From positions 2,336,001 to 2,400,000 of the forward strand of contig CAXXJJ010000001.1 in NCBI GenBank assembly GCA_963667015.2: DNA of 64,000 nucleotides, read 5' to 3'. Shown in pieces: positions 51,095 through 60,382 of this stretch (position 1 is the stretch's first letter; each line of letters begins with the position of its first letter). The translations under genes were made by a program, and so were the position numbers. Source of the DNA: Desulfatiglandales bacterium. GTDB lineage: Bacteria; Desulfobacterota; DSM-4660; Desulfatiglandales; HGW-15. The notes beneath the pieces are model-generated. The model did not search any database. It had not been told where the DNA came from and worked only from the letters and a program-made list of their open reading frames with translations.

Positions 51095-51346
51095 AAGAAA
51101 AGGCCTTCAGTGAATTTATCCACACATCATTACCTATGGATCCCAGGTTCAGATAGCAATATATAACTGCTCGCAACACCAGTATTATCTTTTCCTTAAA
51201 TCTATCTCTTAAATCTAAGAGAAAACAAATATTATGGATAGATGATTAGTTAGAAACCTTAAAAAAGTCAAGGTCCGGTCGAAACAATTGTAATGGTTAA
51301 AGCCTTTTGGTTTTTAGATAGCTTATCTTTTTTAAGGAAAAAATGT

Positions 51347-51394
51347 TTGACAAATACGACATAATGTCGTAATAATACGACTAACTCTCGTATT
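51347..51394 (+). promoter_or_regulatory. Sigma70-type promoter overlapped by two palindromic operators
   Basis: TTGACA at 51347; TACGAC-ATAAT-GTCGTA (51355-51371) and TACGAC-TAACT-CTCGTA (51376-51392). Confidence 0.75.
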
Positions 51395-51407
51395 AACCCT
51401 CATAAAT

Positions 51408-51812
51408 ATGGATAAAATTATGAAAAGACCTCCCCTGGCAAATGCCGAACTTGCAATTATGAAGCTGTTGTGGCAGCAGGATCGAATGACTGCCCGTGAA
51501 ATACGTGAAGAGCTCTATCCTGATGAAAAGAAGGCGCAGCACGGCACAGTTCAAAGACTTCTCCAGCGTCTTGAAGAGAAGGGCTATGTTACCCGTGATC
51601 GCGGCTTGAGTATTCATTTTTTTTCAGCCGCCATTGACCGTAGGGATTACGCAGGCAGCCAGTTGGAGTCACTTGCATCCAGACTGACCGGTGGATCTTT
51701 AACACCGCTCATTACCCATTTTGTGGAAAAGAAAAAACTATCCCGTGATGATCTTAAAGAACTAAGGGCGATCCTTGACCAGGGGCTTGAAAAGGAGACA
51801 GAGGATGATTGA
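51408..51812 (+). CDS. BlaI/MecI/CopY family repressor
   Basis: L..AEL.IM.LLW, TV..LL.RL.EKG.V, LS.DDL.ELR.IL. Confidence 0.92.
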   Translation: MDKIMKRPPLANAELAIMKLLWQQDRMTAREIREELYPDEKKAQHGTVQRLLQRLEEKGYVTRDRGLSIHFFSAAIDRRDYAGSQLESLASRLTGGSLTPLITHFVEKKKLSRDDLKELRAILDQGLEKETEDD

Positions 51813-53589
51813 TTTTCTTTTTAAGATTGCCTTAAACAATGTTTTTATATCTCTTGTTCTGGCAATAGTGGCTTTGATTGTTGGGAAGACTCTCAAACGA
51901 CCTGTTCTTACGCACATGTTGTGGTTGCTGGTCTTTATAAAATTATTGATTCCTCCCTTGGTAATGGTCCCGGTCATTCCAAAGCCGTCAATTAATAAAG
52001 CCACTCCCGCTGTCAACTTGAGCTTAAACAAACTGCAGGACACGAAGAGTTTTGAGTCAGGTGATATTGGAGACCCAACATCTTCATCACAGGAAACAAA
52101 AGCATTTATTCCAGCCCATGGTAAACAATTGTTGTTTTTTCTATGGCTGACTGGAAGCATTGCTTTTTTTCTATGGTCGATATTTCAGGCCTTTCGCTTT
52201 AATCAGCTGTTAAAAAGGGAATCTGAAACAGCTCCTCCCGGGATACAGTCAATCGCTCGTAATGCCGCTTCATGTCTCGGGCTTAAGGCTTCCCCCTTAA
52301 TCCTTACTACACCTGCAAATATATCGCCTATGGTATGGTGGATCGGCGGCAGATTATGGCTTGTAATTCCTGCTACCCTGGTTGAGAGAATGGATGCGGA
52401 ACAACTGCAGTTGATTCTTTCTCATGAACTGGCACATATCAGCCGTTGGGATTACCTGTGCCGCTGGATAGAGTGGATGGCCTGTGTGTGCTTCTGGTGG
52501 AATCCAGTGGTCTGGTGGGCCAGAAATAACCTGCGAGTCAATGAAGAGATATGTTGTGATGAACTGGTTCTTTCAAGTATAAAACCCGAACCCTACCTCT
52601 ATGGTGATACACTGTTAAAGGCGATCGATATTCTCCTGTGTACACCCAGGTTTCAGATGGCAATGGCAAGTAACTTCAGCGGAGGAGATCCTCTTAAAAG
52701 AAGATTGAAACTCATTATTTCAAAAAAACAAGGCAGATCGAAGTTACTCTGGTTGAATGCATGTATCCTAATTGCAGCCGTGGTCCTGCTTCCACTTAGA
52801 ATCATGCAGGCCAAAGAGGATGATAATAATGAATTTGAGCATCGCCTGACTGTTATGGAAAAGGAACTGGAAAAGACCAGTAAAAAACTATCCGAAGAGC
52901 TGTCTCAAAAAGCGGATTATAAAAAGGCAAATGATTTAATGGGAAAAAGCAGGGCAGCTAAAAAAGCTCAGGATGAAACCCTGCAAAGTATGCTCCAAAG
53001 CTACGATCCCCTGTTTAAAAAGCTGAACATATCAAGGGAAGATTTTGATGAACTTAAAGGCATACTGGCTGATAGAATGGATGAGATTCAAGATACAATT
53101 CTGCCATATACTAATACTGCATCGAGTGAAGAAAGAGCGGATTTTAATCAGAAGAAAAGAGAGATCGACTATAAGTACATGAACAGGGTCCATGACTTTT
53201 TAGGAGAAGAAAAAAGCGGGATATATACTGCCTACATAAAAAGACTGCCGGAGCGAAGCAGCATAGATATTTTTATGGATTCCCTATCTCCTGAAAACAG
53301 AATAAGTGAAGAGCAGATGGAGCCTCTTATAGATGTTATGTATACAGCTCGAAAAGCAATTTATGACGAAATGGGCCCGGATATAGATATATACTCATCA
53401 TCCGAACTAACCGAAGAAAATATAACACGCGAAATGATAAAAACAAAACGGGTTCATGATAAATATGTGGAAGCAAGCCGCAGCGTACTTCCACCCGAAC
53501 AGGCAGGGCAATATGAAACACACCTTGGCAGAATACGTGATTTTACAGAGTCAATAATGAAAACACGCCTGTTTATGAACAATAAATAA
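51805..53589 (+). CDS. BlaR1/MecR1-like M56 metallopeptidase with an unrecognised C-terminal helical domain
   Basis: LWLLV..KLL.PP, HELAH, WWNP..WW, EE.CCD, LKRRL..I; ATG 51805 overlaps repressor end. Confidence 0.9.
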   Translation: MIDFLFKIALNNVFISLVLAIVALIVGKTLKRPVLTHMLWLLVFIKLLIPPLVMVPVIPKPSINKATPAVNLSLNKLQDTKSFESGDIGDPTSSSQETKAFIPAHGKQLLFFLWLTGSIAFFLWSIFQAFRFNQLLKRESETAPPGIQSIARNAASCLGLKASPLILTTPANISPMVWWIGGRLWLVIPATLVERMDAEQLQLILSHELAHISRWDYLCRWIEWMACVCFWWNPVVWWARNNLRVNEEICCDELVLSSIKPEPYLYGDTLLKAIDILLCTPRFQMAMASNFSGGDPLKRRLKLIISKKQGRSKLLWLNACILIAAVVLLPLRIMQAKEDDNNEFEHRLTVMEKELEKTSKKLSEELSQKADYKKANDLMGKSRAAKKAQDETLQSMLQSYDPLFKKLNISREDFDELKGILADRMDEIQDTILPYTNTASSEERADFNQKKREIDYKYMNRVHDFLGEEKSGIYTAYIKRLPERSSIDIFMDSLSPENRISEEQMEPLIDVMYTARKAIYDEMGPDIDIYSSSELTEENITREMIKTKRVHDKYVEASRSVLPPEQAGQYETHLGRIRDFTESIMKTRLFMNNK

Positions 53590-53623
53590 ATATGGATAGA
53601 GATGAACTGTTGCGGAGGTAACC

Positions 53624-54595
53624 ATGACTGCTAAAATACTGTTTGTGAAAACTATATATTCTATTGCAGGTCTGTTGATTATGGCATCAATCGGATTCAA
53701 TATTTATCAATATCAGCGGAATAATAAATTATCCCAAATATCTGTTCCCAAAAAAATCACGAAAAATAAATCCACCAGGGATTATGATCCTGTACCTGAA
53801 TTTAGAGAAGAAAAAAACAAAACAGGCGGAATAGATAAACTTGTAAGCAACCTGAATGCTGCAGAAGAAGAGCTCAATATAGCAAGTAAAAAACTATCTG
53901 AAGAGCTGACTCAAAAAGCGGAGTTTAGGAAGGCAGATGATAAACTGGGAAAAAGCAGAATTGTTAAAAAAACTCAGGTTGAAACCCTTAAAAGTATACT
54001 CAACAGTTACGATCCCCTTAAAGAAAAGCTGGACATGTCAAAGGAAGAATTTGATGCCTTTAAAGGCATACTGGCTGAGAGAATGGATGAGATTCAAGAT
54101 ACAATTCTGCCCAATATTAATGCAGCTTCTGATGAAGAAAAAGCGGATATGAATATGAAGCGGACAGAGATAAACAACAGATACTGGGAGAAGATCAATA
54201 ATTTTTTAGGAGAAGAAAAAAGTCGGATATATCTATCCTACCAGCAAAGAGAACCGGAGCGAAGCAGTATAAACGCCTTAATGGAAATGGTACCTCCTGA
54301 AAGTAGAATAAGTGAAGAGAAAACCGAATCTCTAATAGATTCCATGTATGATGCACGAAAAGCAATTTATGACGAAATGGGACCCGATATAAATATATAC
54401 TCATCATCTGAATTAACCGAAGAAAGCATAATACATGAAATGGAAAAAACAAATCGGGTTCACGATAAATATTTAGAAGCAAGCCGTAGTATACTGCCTG
54501 CCGAACAGGTAGAGCTATATGAAGCATACCTTAACAAGCTTCGTGATTTCTCGGAATCAATGATGAAAACACGCATATTTATGAACAATAATTAA
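53624..54595 (+). CDS. Membrane-anchored helical protein, paralog of the M56 C-terminal domain
   Basis: Single N-terminal TM; colinear with the last ~250 aa of the M56 protein. Confidence 0.88.
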   Translation: MTAKILFVKTIYSIAGLLIMASIGFNIYQYQRNNKLSQISVPKKITKNKSTRDYDPVPEFREEKNKTGGIDKLVSNLNAAEEELNIASKKLSEELTQKAEFRKADDKLGKSRIVKKTQVETLKSILNSYDPLKEKLDMSKEEFDAFKGILAERMDEIQDTILPNINAASDEEKADMNMKRTEINNRYWEKINNFLGEEKSRIYLSYQQREPERSSINALMEMVPPESRISEEKTESLIDSMYDARKAIYDEMGPDINIYSSSELTEESIIHEMEKTNRVHDKYLEASRSILPAEQVELYEAYLNKLRDFSESMMKTRIFMNNN

Positions 54596-54603
54596 TCATC
54601 TAT

Positions 54604-55614
54604 ATGGAGATAGTTGTGAACACTCAAAAATTGATCATAAGAGTTGTATATAGTTTAGCAGGCTTGTTGTTTATTACTTCAATAGGTATTAATATTTTTC
54701 AGCATCAGCAATTCAGGAAATTAACAGCACTTAGTCCCGAAAAAAATATAAAAGGAGTATCTGTTAACGATTCATATAATGTTTCCGGACCTGCTCCGGC
54801 AATCAAAGCAGAAAAATCTAATACAAGTAAAAACAATGAACTTCAATATCACCTGGAGGCTGCTCAAGAAGAACTGGAAATGACAAATGAACAATTAGCT
54901 GAAGAGCAGTCTAAAAAAGAAGAGTATAAAAGGGCAAGAGCACAGCTTTCAAAGAGTTTATCATCATCAGATCCTGCCAGACAAAAAAGGTTAAGAAAAA
55001 TATTCACAGGGACAATAGAAAAAACCTACGACCCTCTGTTTAAAAAGCTGGATATACCAATTGAAGAATTTAATAAAGTTAAAACTATACTGATTGATAG
55101 AGAAATGGAGCTCAGTAAATTGCTTGGCCCCTATTCCAGCGCTTCAACAAAGGAAGAAAAAGATGTGATAGTCCAGCAGGAAAAGGCAATATATGCTGAC
55201 TATCATGATAAGGTCGGTGATTTTCTTGGCGAAGATAAAAATGAAATATACCGATCCTACGTGGACAGGATTACAGAGAGAATTAAGATAAGAGAATATA
55301 TGGAAACAGTATCCTCTGAAAAGAAAATAGGTGAAGAAAAAATAGAGAATCTCATAGATTCAATGTATGTTGCACGAAAAGCTGCATATGACGAAATGAA
55401 TTATGAACCTGAAACAATCTCATCCTCTGATATAACTGAGGATAAAGCAAAGCAGATCATGGAAATAACAGCACGAATATACAAAGGGTATTTGGAAGCC
55501 GGCCGCGATATCATGCCACCCGAATTGGCAGAAGATTATAAAGTCTACCTGAAAGAAGAGCTTGAGATGGAGGAAGCATCGCTGAAAATGGATTTATATC
55601 TGAATGATAAATAG
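54604..55614 (+). CDS. Second, more divergent paralog of the same helical domain
   Basis: N-terminal TM; shares YDPLFKKL, DFLGE.K..IY.SY, LIDSMY.ARKA.YDEM, YLEA.R.I.P.E. Confidence 0.88.
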   Translation: MEIVVNTQKLIIRVVYSLAGLLFITSIGINIFQHQQFRKLTALSPEKNIKGVSVNDSYNVSGPAPAIKAEKSNTSKNNELQYHLEAAQEELEMTNEQLAEEQSKKEEYKRARAQLSKSLSSSDPARQKRLRKIFTGTIEKTYDPLFKKLDIPIEEFNKVKTILIDREMELSKLLGPYSSASTKEEKDVIVQQEKAIYADYHDKVGDFLGEDKNEIYRSYVDRITERIKIREYMETVSSEKKIGEEKIENLIDSMYVARKAAYDEMNYEPETISSSDITEDKAKQIMEITARIYKGYLEAGRDIMPPELAEDYKVYLKEELEMEEASLKMDLYLNDK

Positions 55615-55626
55615 TAATTAATTCTG

Positions 55627-55681
55627 AACCGCTAATGTACGTGAATGCAAACTAATTTTTGCATTCGTGTTTATTAGTGTT
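55627..55681. repeat. Imperfect hairpin at the end of the blaI-like operon
   Basis: Core GAATGCAAA / TTTGCATTC, outer CTAAT / ATTAG. Confidence 0.4.
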
Positions 55682-55709
55682 AGAACAAGATAAAAGGAGG
55701 AAATGCCTT

Positions 55710-56066
55710 ATGAAAAACTTAGTTTTTATTTTTGTGAGTTGTATGTTTTTCCAGATTAATGTAAATGCAGGCCAGTATTTTGAAAACGATAAAATATCCT
55801 TTAGCTATCCGGATGAAGCAGAAATACTTGAGACAAACGAAAAAGAAACTCTTGTTTATCATCTGAGATGCAAAAAATCTACTATTATGATTACTCTCTC
55901 ACTCTCTCCCCGTTCTGAGGCTGCGCTAAAACCAATGGCGGATAGTATATTTGCCAAAATGAAAGAAAGCATGACAAGATCAGGCGTAGAGAATGTAAAA
56001 TTTGAACAATCGGATCTTATAATACTGAAAAATAAAATAGTGCCCAAAAAAACAACCAGAACATGA
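55710..56066 (+). CDS. Hypothetical secreted protein, possibly 3'-truncated
   Basis: AAGGAGG upstream; signal peptide ending VNA; ends 10 nt before the IS. Confidence 0.6.
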   Translation: MKNLVFIFVSCMFFQINVNAGQYFENDKISFSYPDEAEILETNEKETLVYHLRCKKSTIMITLSLSPRSEAALKPMADSIFAKMKESMTRSGVENVKFEQSDLIILKNKIVPKKTTRT

Positions 56067-56075
56067 TGCTATCTA

Positions 56076-57774
56076 GTGTCCATCCAGAAACAGGCGTTTT
56101 TGCTAGACATAGCAAAAAACGGGGTCTGGAAAGAGTCTCCAATATAGCATCAGCAGGCCTTTTAAGCGCTGACATCAACTCATTTAGGCCAAAATAGGTT
56201 AATTTAAAAACACTTATCCCATCTTTTTATGTGATGATTTTTATAAATGTCCTGTTTTCTATGAGTTTGCAAAAACCTCACTTCTGGCTAATGTCAGCAG
56301 GTTCGCAGAGACAATCGACGCCCATACATAACTTTTAAAAGAACGATGTGATTTCCAGGTGCACCTTGATAATCCGAAGCATCTTTTAAGCCAGGATATA
56401 CCTGATTCTATTCCAGCCCGGAATCTCCTTAGACGCTTATATACCCATGTGCTTCTACACATATCTTCTTCTTTAAGCCCACGTTTCTTTGCGAAACATA
56501 CATCTGTTATACCCTTTGTTTTTGCGGCTTCGAGATTTTCCTTTGAAGCAAATCCGCCATCCAGGGCAGTTTTTACAGGATAATCTCCATATATATCTTT
56601 ATGACGATCCAGCATTTGACCAGTAAGATCAGCATCAGCAGGATTGCCGTCAAGTATCATACAATCGGTTATCAGGTTTGATGCTCCTCCGCTCAGGCAG
56701 ATTTTATGGCCGTAATATGTATCCCTGCGATCCTTTTTTATTATGTCTGTATGAGGTTCAAATATAGATACTATTTTTTCAGGAGCAGGTACAGACTCTC
56801 CATTGATCACCCTTCGTGTTGTTTGATCTATCACTTTTCCAGTCAGCATGAGTATCTCTCTTAATTCTTCAACCCGGTCCTGTGCTGAATCAAATAAAAC
56901 AGGGGATACCAATGCAGGGTCTTCGAGTAGAGATATCGCTTTTTGTGCATAACTGACTGTGTCATGAGTTACCTTCAGAAGATCCTTGTATTTTTGCTTG
57001 CGAACCTTTTTATTCTTGGCGTTCATTACACCAAGCATTCTTCTTTTGGCTCTTCTGGTATGATCGGTATAAGATATATTCAAGTCCCTGAACTGTTCTT
57101 TGATCTTGCTTAGCATCCTTGTAAGAACACGCACTGAATCCCAAAGAAGACTTGAATCTGTTGGCTCATGGATATTGGACGAAACCACTGTGCAATCAAT
57201 TCTTGTTTGTTTTCCTCTTTCAATCTTTTTGTCCTGACCATATGCAACAAGAAGTCGATTAATGGCTTCCAGTGTCTCAGGTGATATAGCTTTTATATTG
57301 CTGCATAAGGCAGACTTTTGAAAACCTTTATCTGCAAAGCCTATTCTGCAAAAGGATCGGTAACTGACGGAATCCATCAGATGGAAAACAAGTTCTTCAT
57401 AGCTGTATTCTTGTGTCTGTTTTACGATAGCTGCTCGAATGACTTGCTCTGCACTCATTCCTTGTGCCCCGGTATTAATAAGGTTCTTGTCATGTGTAAG
57501 ATCTTGCAATACCCATTCGTTAATGATAGGGTTCTCATCAAGTATGTCGCTGATTACCTGCAATTCTTTTGCATGGGGATGATCGATTCTTTTTATCATG
57601 AGCGGCAGTTGTTTTTGATTCTTTTTGCGCATTTTTTGGTGGCCCCTTTCTTGGCTTTTGCTGTTATATCAATTGCTTGCACTTTTTTTATAACAACTTT
57701 AACTGGAATTTGTCCACCTTAAAATGCGCTTTTTTCCTTTTTATTTCAATTAATTATCCTTTCTGGATGGACAC
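56076..57774 (-). mobile_element. Insertion sequence, ISNCY-type (ISDol1-like)
   Basis: Perfect 15-bp IRs GTGTCCATCCAGAAA / TTTCTGGATGGACAC; direct repeat TATCTA on both sides (CTATCTAG if ends are taken 1 bp inward). Confidence 0.9.
56259..57632 (-). CDS. DDE transposase
   Basis: RIDCTVV..NIH.PTDS.LL.D, KIVSIFEPHTDII.K, DGGF, RAGIE..IS.LKR.FG. Confidence 0.93.
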   Translation of the reverse strand: MRKKNQKQLPLMIKRIDHPHAKELQVISDILDENPIINEWVLQDLTHDKNLINTGAQGMSAEQVIRAAIVKQTQEYSYEELVFHLMDSVSYRSFCRIGFADKGFQKSALCSNIKAISPETLEAINRLLVAYGQDKKIERGKQTRIDCTVVSSNIHEPTDSSLLWDSVRVLTRMLSKIKEQFRDLNISYTDHTRRAKRRMLGVMNAKNKKVRKQKYKDLLKVTHDTVSYAQKAISLLEDPALVSPVLFDSAQDRVEELREILMLTGKVIDQTTRRVINGESVPAPEKIVSIFEPHTDIIKKDRRDTYYGHKICLSGGASNLITDCMILDGNPADADLTGQMLDRHKDIYGDYPVKTALDGGFASKENLEAAKTKGITDVCFAKKRGLKEEDMCRSTWVYKRLRRFRAGIESGISWLKRCFGLSRCTWKSHRSFKSYVWASIVSANLLTLARSEVFANS

Positions 57775-57977
57775 TATCTAGCAGTATTTTAAATCCTCTG
57801 ACCTCTTCTTTATCCCTTTCCATTGTAAATTAATTTACTGAGTATCACTGGCTTCAACTTGAAACATATGATATTAAATTTCCCTTTATTTCTGTATTTA
57901 GAGAAAAAATATATGAATTTGTTGTCAGTGTTAATGAAGAGATTGGTGATTTAAAAAAATATTAAGGAGAAAGTTTT

Positions 57978-59135
57978 ATGGGTAATTTTGATCATCTGTT
58001 TTATGAATTCACTCCCCAGGAGACTCACTGGGGTGACTGGTGTCATTCTCCGCAGGCATATTTCAGGGGTGATGTTGATATGCCGGGCGCCAATATGAAT
58101 GTAGGGTTCCAGGTATTTAAGGCTCCGGTTTTCCTTGAAAGGGAGCCCCATTTCCACAGGGAAGAGGAATACCTGGTATTCCTGGGTGCCAAACTCCCTG
58201 ACGTGTTCAGTTCATTTGATGCGGAGATAGAGTTTTTCATGGGGCCGACCCTTGACTCTATGGAAAAGATCGTCATAACAAAATCTACTATCATTCGTAT
58301 TCCTCCATGTATGTGGCATTGCCCCCTTGATTTTAAGATTATGAACAAACCTGTCTTGTTTCAGGCCGTGTTAATGCACGGAAAGTTCGGTTCAGTCAAG
58401 CTCAGGAAGAACAAGGACGGTATGAACGAGTACCTTTACCTGGGCGATGAGGCACGGCCATGCGTACTCAATGCGGAAAAGACCTGCAACTATTGCGGTA
58501 AATGCTTTGACCGCGACGCGGTTGTGGAAGACCGTGAAAATGCCTCTGAACCTTACTGGACAGTAAAGACAGGGGAATTGAGCGATCAGATCCGGCAGCT
58601 CGTATGTGAAGTTCCGCCGGAGAACACAAAATGGGGTGACTGGTGCCCTACGCCCCAGGCCTACTTCAGGGGCGAGACCTATATGCCCGGAGCAAACTAT
58701 CATGTCGGTTTCCAGATATTTACAGCGGAAAACGATATGGAGGAATCCCATTTTCATCAGGGTGTTGACGAATACATATTTTTTATGGGCGCTGACCCCA
58801 TGAATATCTTTGATTTTGATGCTGAAATCGATTTTTATATTGGCAATGATCCGGATAACATGGAGATCTACAAGATTACTAAACCTACGGTTGTAAGACT
58901 GCCGCCAACGGTCTGGCACAGTCCGATTCTGTTCAGGAAGATGAATAAGCCCTTGTTGTTCCAGGCAGCCTTCCTTGCCGGATGCTGGGGTACGATCTAC
59001 AGGATCAAGGATAAGAACGGTAATCCTGTATATGCCTATACAGGCGATAATGTTCGTATGTGCAGGGTAAGGCCGGGAGAAAAATGTACGATTTGCGGTC
59101 AGTGTATGCCGCAGATTCCCTCTCTGGAAGAATAA
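57978..59135 (+). CDS. Internally duplicated cupin-like protein with two Cys4 motifs
   Basis: Each half has WGDWC.PQAYFRG, HFH...EY, PP..WH.P and C-x6-C-x2-C-x2-C. Confidence 0.8.
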   Translation: MGNFDHLFYEFTPQETHWGDWCHSPQAYFRGDVDMPGANMNVGFQVFKAPVFLEREPHFHREEEYLVFLGAKLPDVFSSFDAEIEFFMGPTLDSMEKIVITKSTIIRIPPCMWHCPLDFKIMNKPVLFQAVLMHGKFGSVKLRKNKDGMNEYLYLGDEARPCVLNAEKTCNYCGKCFDRDAVVEDRENASEPYWTVKTGELSDQIRQLVCEVPPENTKWGDWCPTPQAYFRGETYMPGANYHVGFQIFTAENDMEESHFHQGVDEYIFFMGADPMNIFDFDAEIDFYIGNDPDNMEIYKITKPTVVRLPPTVWHSPILFRKMNKPLLFQAAFLAGCWGTIYRIKDKNGNPVYAYTGDNVRMCRVRPGEKCTICGQCMPQIPSLEE

Positions 59136-59143
59136 TTAGTAAT

Positions 59144-59178
59144 ATTGAAGAGACAGGTCAAAAACCTGTCTCTTCAAT
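59144..59178. terminator. Hairpin between convergent genes
   Basis: ATTGAAGAGACAGGT-CAAAA-ACCTGTCTCTTCAAT, perfect 15-bp stem. Confidence 0.7.
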
Positions 59179-59194
59179 GTCGGTATCAAACTAC

Positions 59195-60058
59195 CTACTT
59201 TTTGTTAATTTCGTTAACATTTCCCCTGAAAGCCGACTGCAGCATATGAGTAAGGGTATGGGCATAGCGTAACTTCCCGTTTTCCAGCTTGAAAAGATGG
59301 CTGTCAGGGGCACCCATCTGGCCGTCTGGACTGCTCGGGCCAAAGGTACAGAACACCTGTACTGTACCCGTAACCTCATCCACAATAAAACGGCGGTTTG
59401 TTATATTTACTCCGGCTGGAACACCAACTTCACAGCTGTCATCAGCGTTTCCTTTACCTGTGTAAGCACCGCCTTCAATACGAACACATGGAAATCCCCA
59501 TGGCACAAGATCAAGTTTTCCCTCAAGAAATGCGTCCAGATAAGCATTTGCCGCAAAAACCAGGGCTCCCCTGGAGCTTCGCTTTTCTACAGGAAGGGGA
59601 CCCCAGTCTTCCATTTTTGCATACTTGAGATAATCATCCGCATTAAAAAGCCAGTAACCGGTTGTTGTCCAGAGGGTCTCTATCTCGGCAATTTTATCAT
59701 GGTTGATACGCATGCGTGTTCCAAAGACATATGGTTTTTCCTTATTTGTTACAATCACCTCGGTAAAGGTCTGACATGAATCCTCATCATATATGCTTGA
59801 ATGATAATCAATCTTCATAGCTTCATTAAGCAAACCCTTATTTATGTCAGCTGGTTTCATATTTTCCAGGTAACTCACCATAACCCCAAATGGCAGGCTG
59901 GAAATATCACCTTTGGTCTGTGCATCAATGTACTGGGCTACTGCACGCTTTAGACCTCCCCGCGTACAGGAAAGCTCTTCTGCTGCAAAGCTGTTTATGG
60001 GGATAATTAATGAGCATAAAAACACGAATAGCATCAAGGTTAATGTAGTACGTCTCAT
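59195..60058 (-). CDS. Secreted hypothetical protein
   Basis: GGAGG RBS, signal peptide ending SFA; C.R..L...YI.AQT.G, AN.YLDAF, C.R.EGG.YTG, D.HLF..E.GKLRY.HTLT. Confidence 0.8.
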   Translation of the reverse strand: MRRTTLTLMLFVFLCSLIIPINSFAAEELSCTRGGLKRAVAQYIDAQTKGDISSLPFGVMVSYLENMKPADINKGLLNEAMKIDYHSSIYDEDSCQTFTEVIVTNKEKPYVFGTRMRINHDKIAEIETLWTTTGYWLFNADDYLKYAKMEDWGPLPVEKRSSRGALVFAANAYLDAFLEGKLDLVPWGFPCVRIEGGAYTGKGNADDSCEVGVPAGVNITNRRFIVDEVTGTVQVFCTFGPSSPDGQMGAPDSHLFKLENGKLRYAHTLTHMLQSAFRGNVNEINKK

Positions 60059-60382
60059 GGAATTCCTCCTTACTGTTCTATTGATTGGTTAGCTGGCTGT
60101 TATTTATCTTAGGACTATTTTTAACAATCTTTACTAAATATTAGATATCGTCTTATTTTTCAACCAAATTTAATAAAGTTCAGAGAATTCTTTAGAATAC
60201 ACTTAGAATTTTCTACACAGTTTAGAAGTTGACAAGCATTAACGGGAGACTTACTCTTTTTGTATGTAAAATCATGTCTGTAAAGGTTCATTAAACTGGA
60301 ATTGATTCACTGTCTTAGAAGGGCATTTTTTTGGGGAAAATAATATTTCCAGAAATTCTCAATTAAAGCATTGGAGGGAGCC

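Noticed and set aside
51408..53589. Beta-lactam resistance locus
   Set aside because: No recognisable penicillin-binding sensor domain and no beta-lactamase or PBP gene follows.
52840..54595. Near-identical repeats as a diversity-generating retroelement TR/VR pair
   Set aside because: Differences involve all bases, not just adenines; both copies are coding; no reverse transcriptase in the window.
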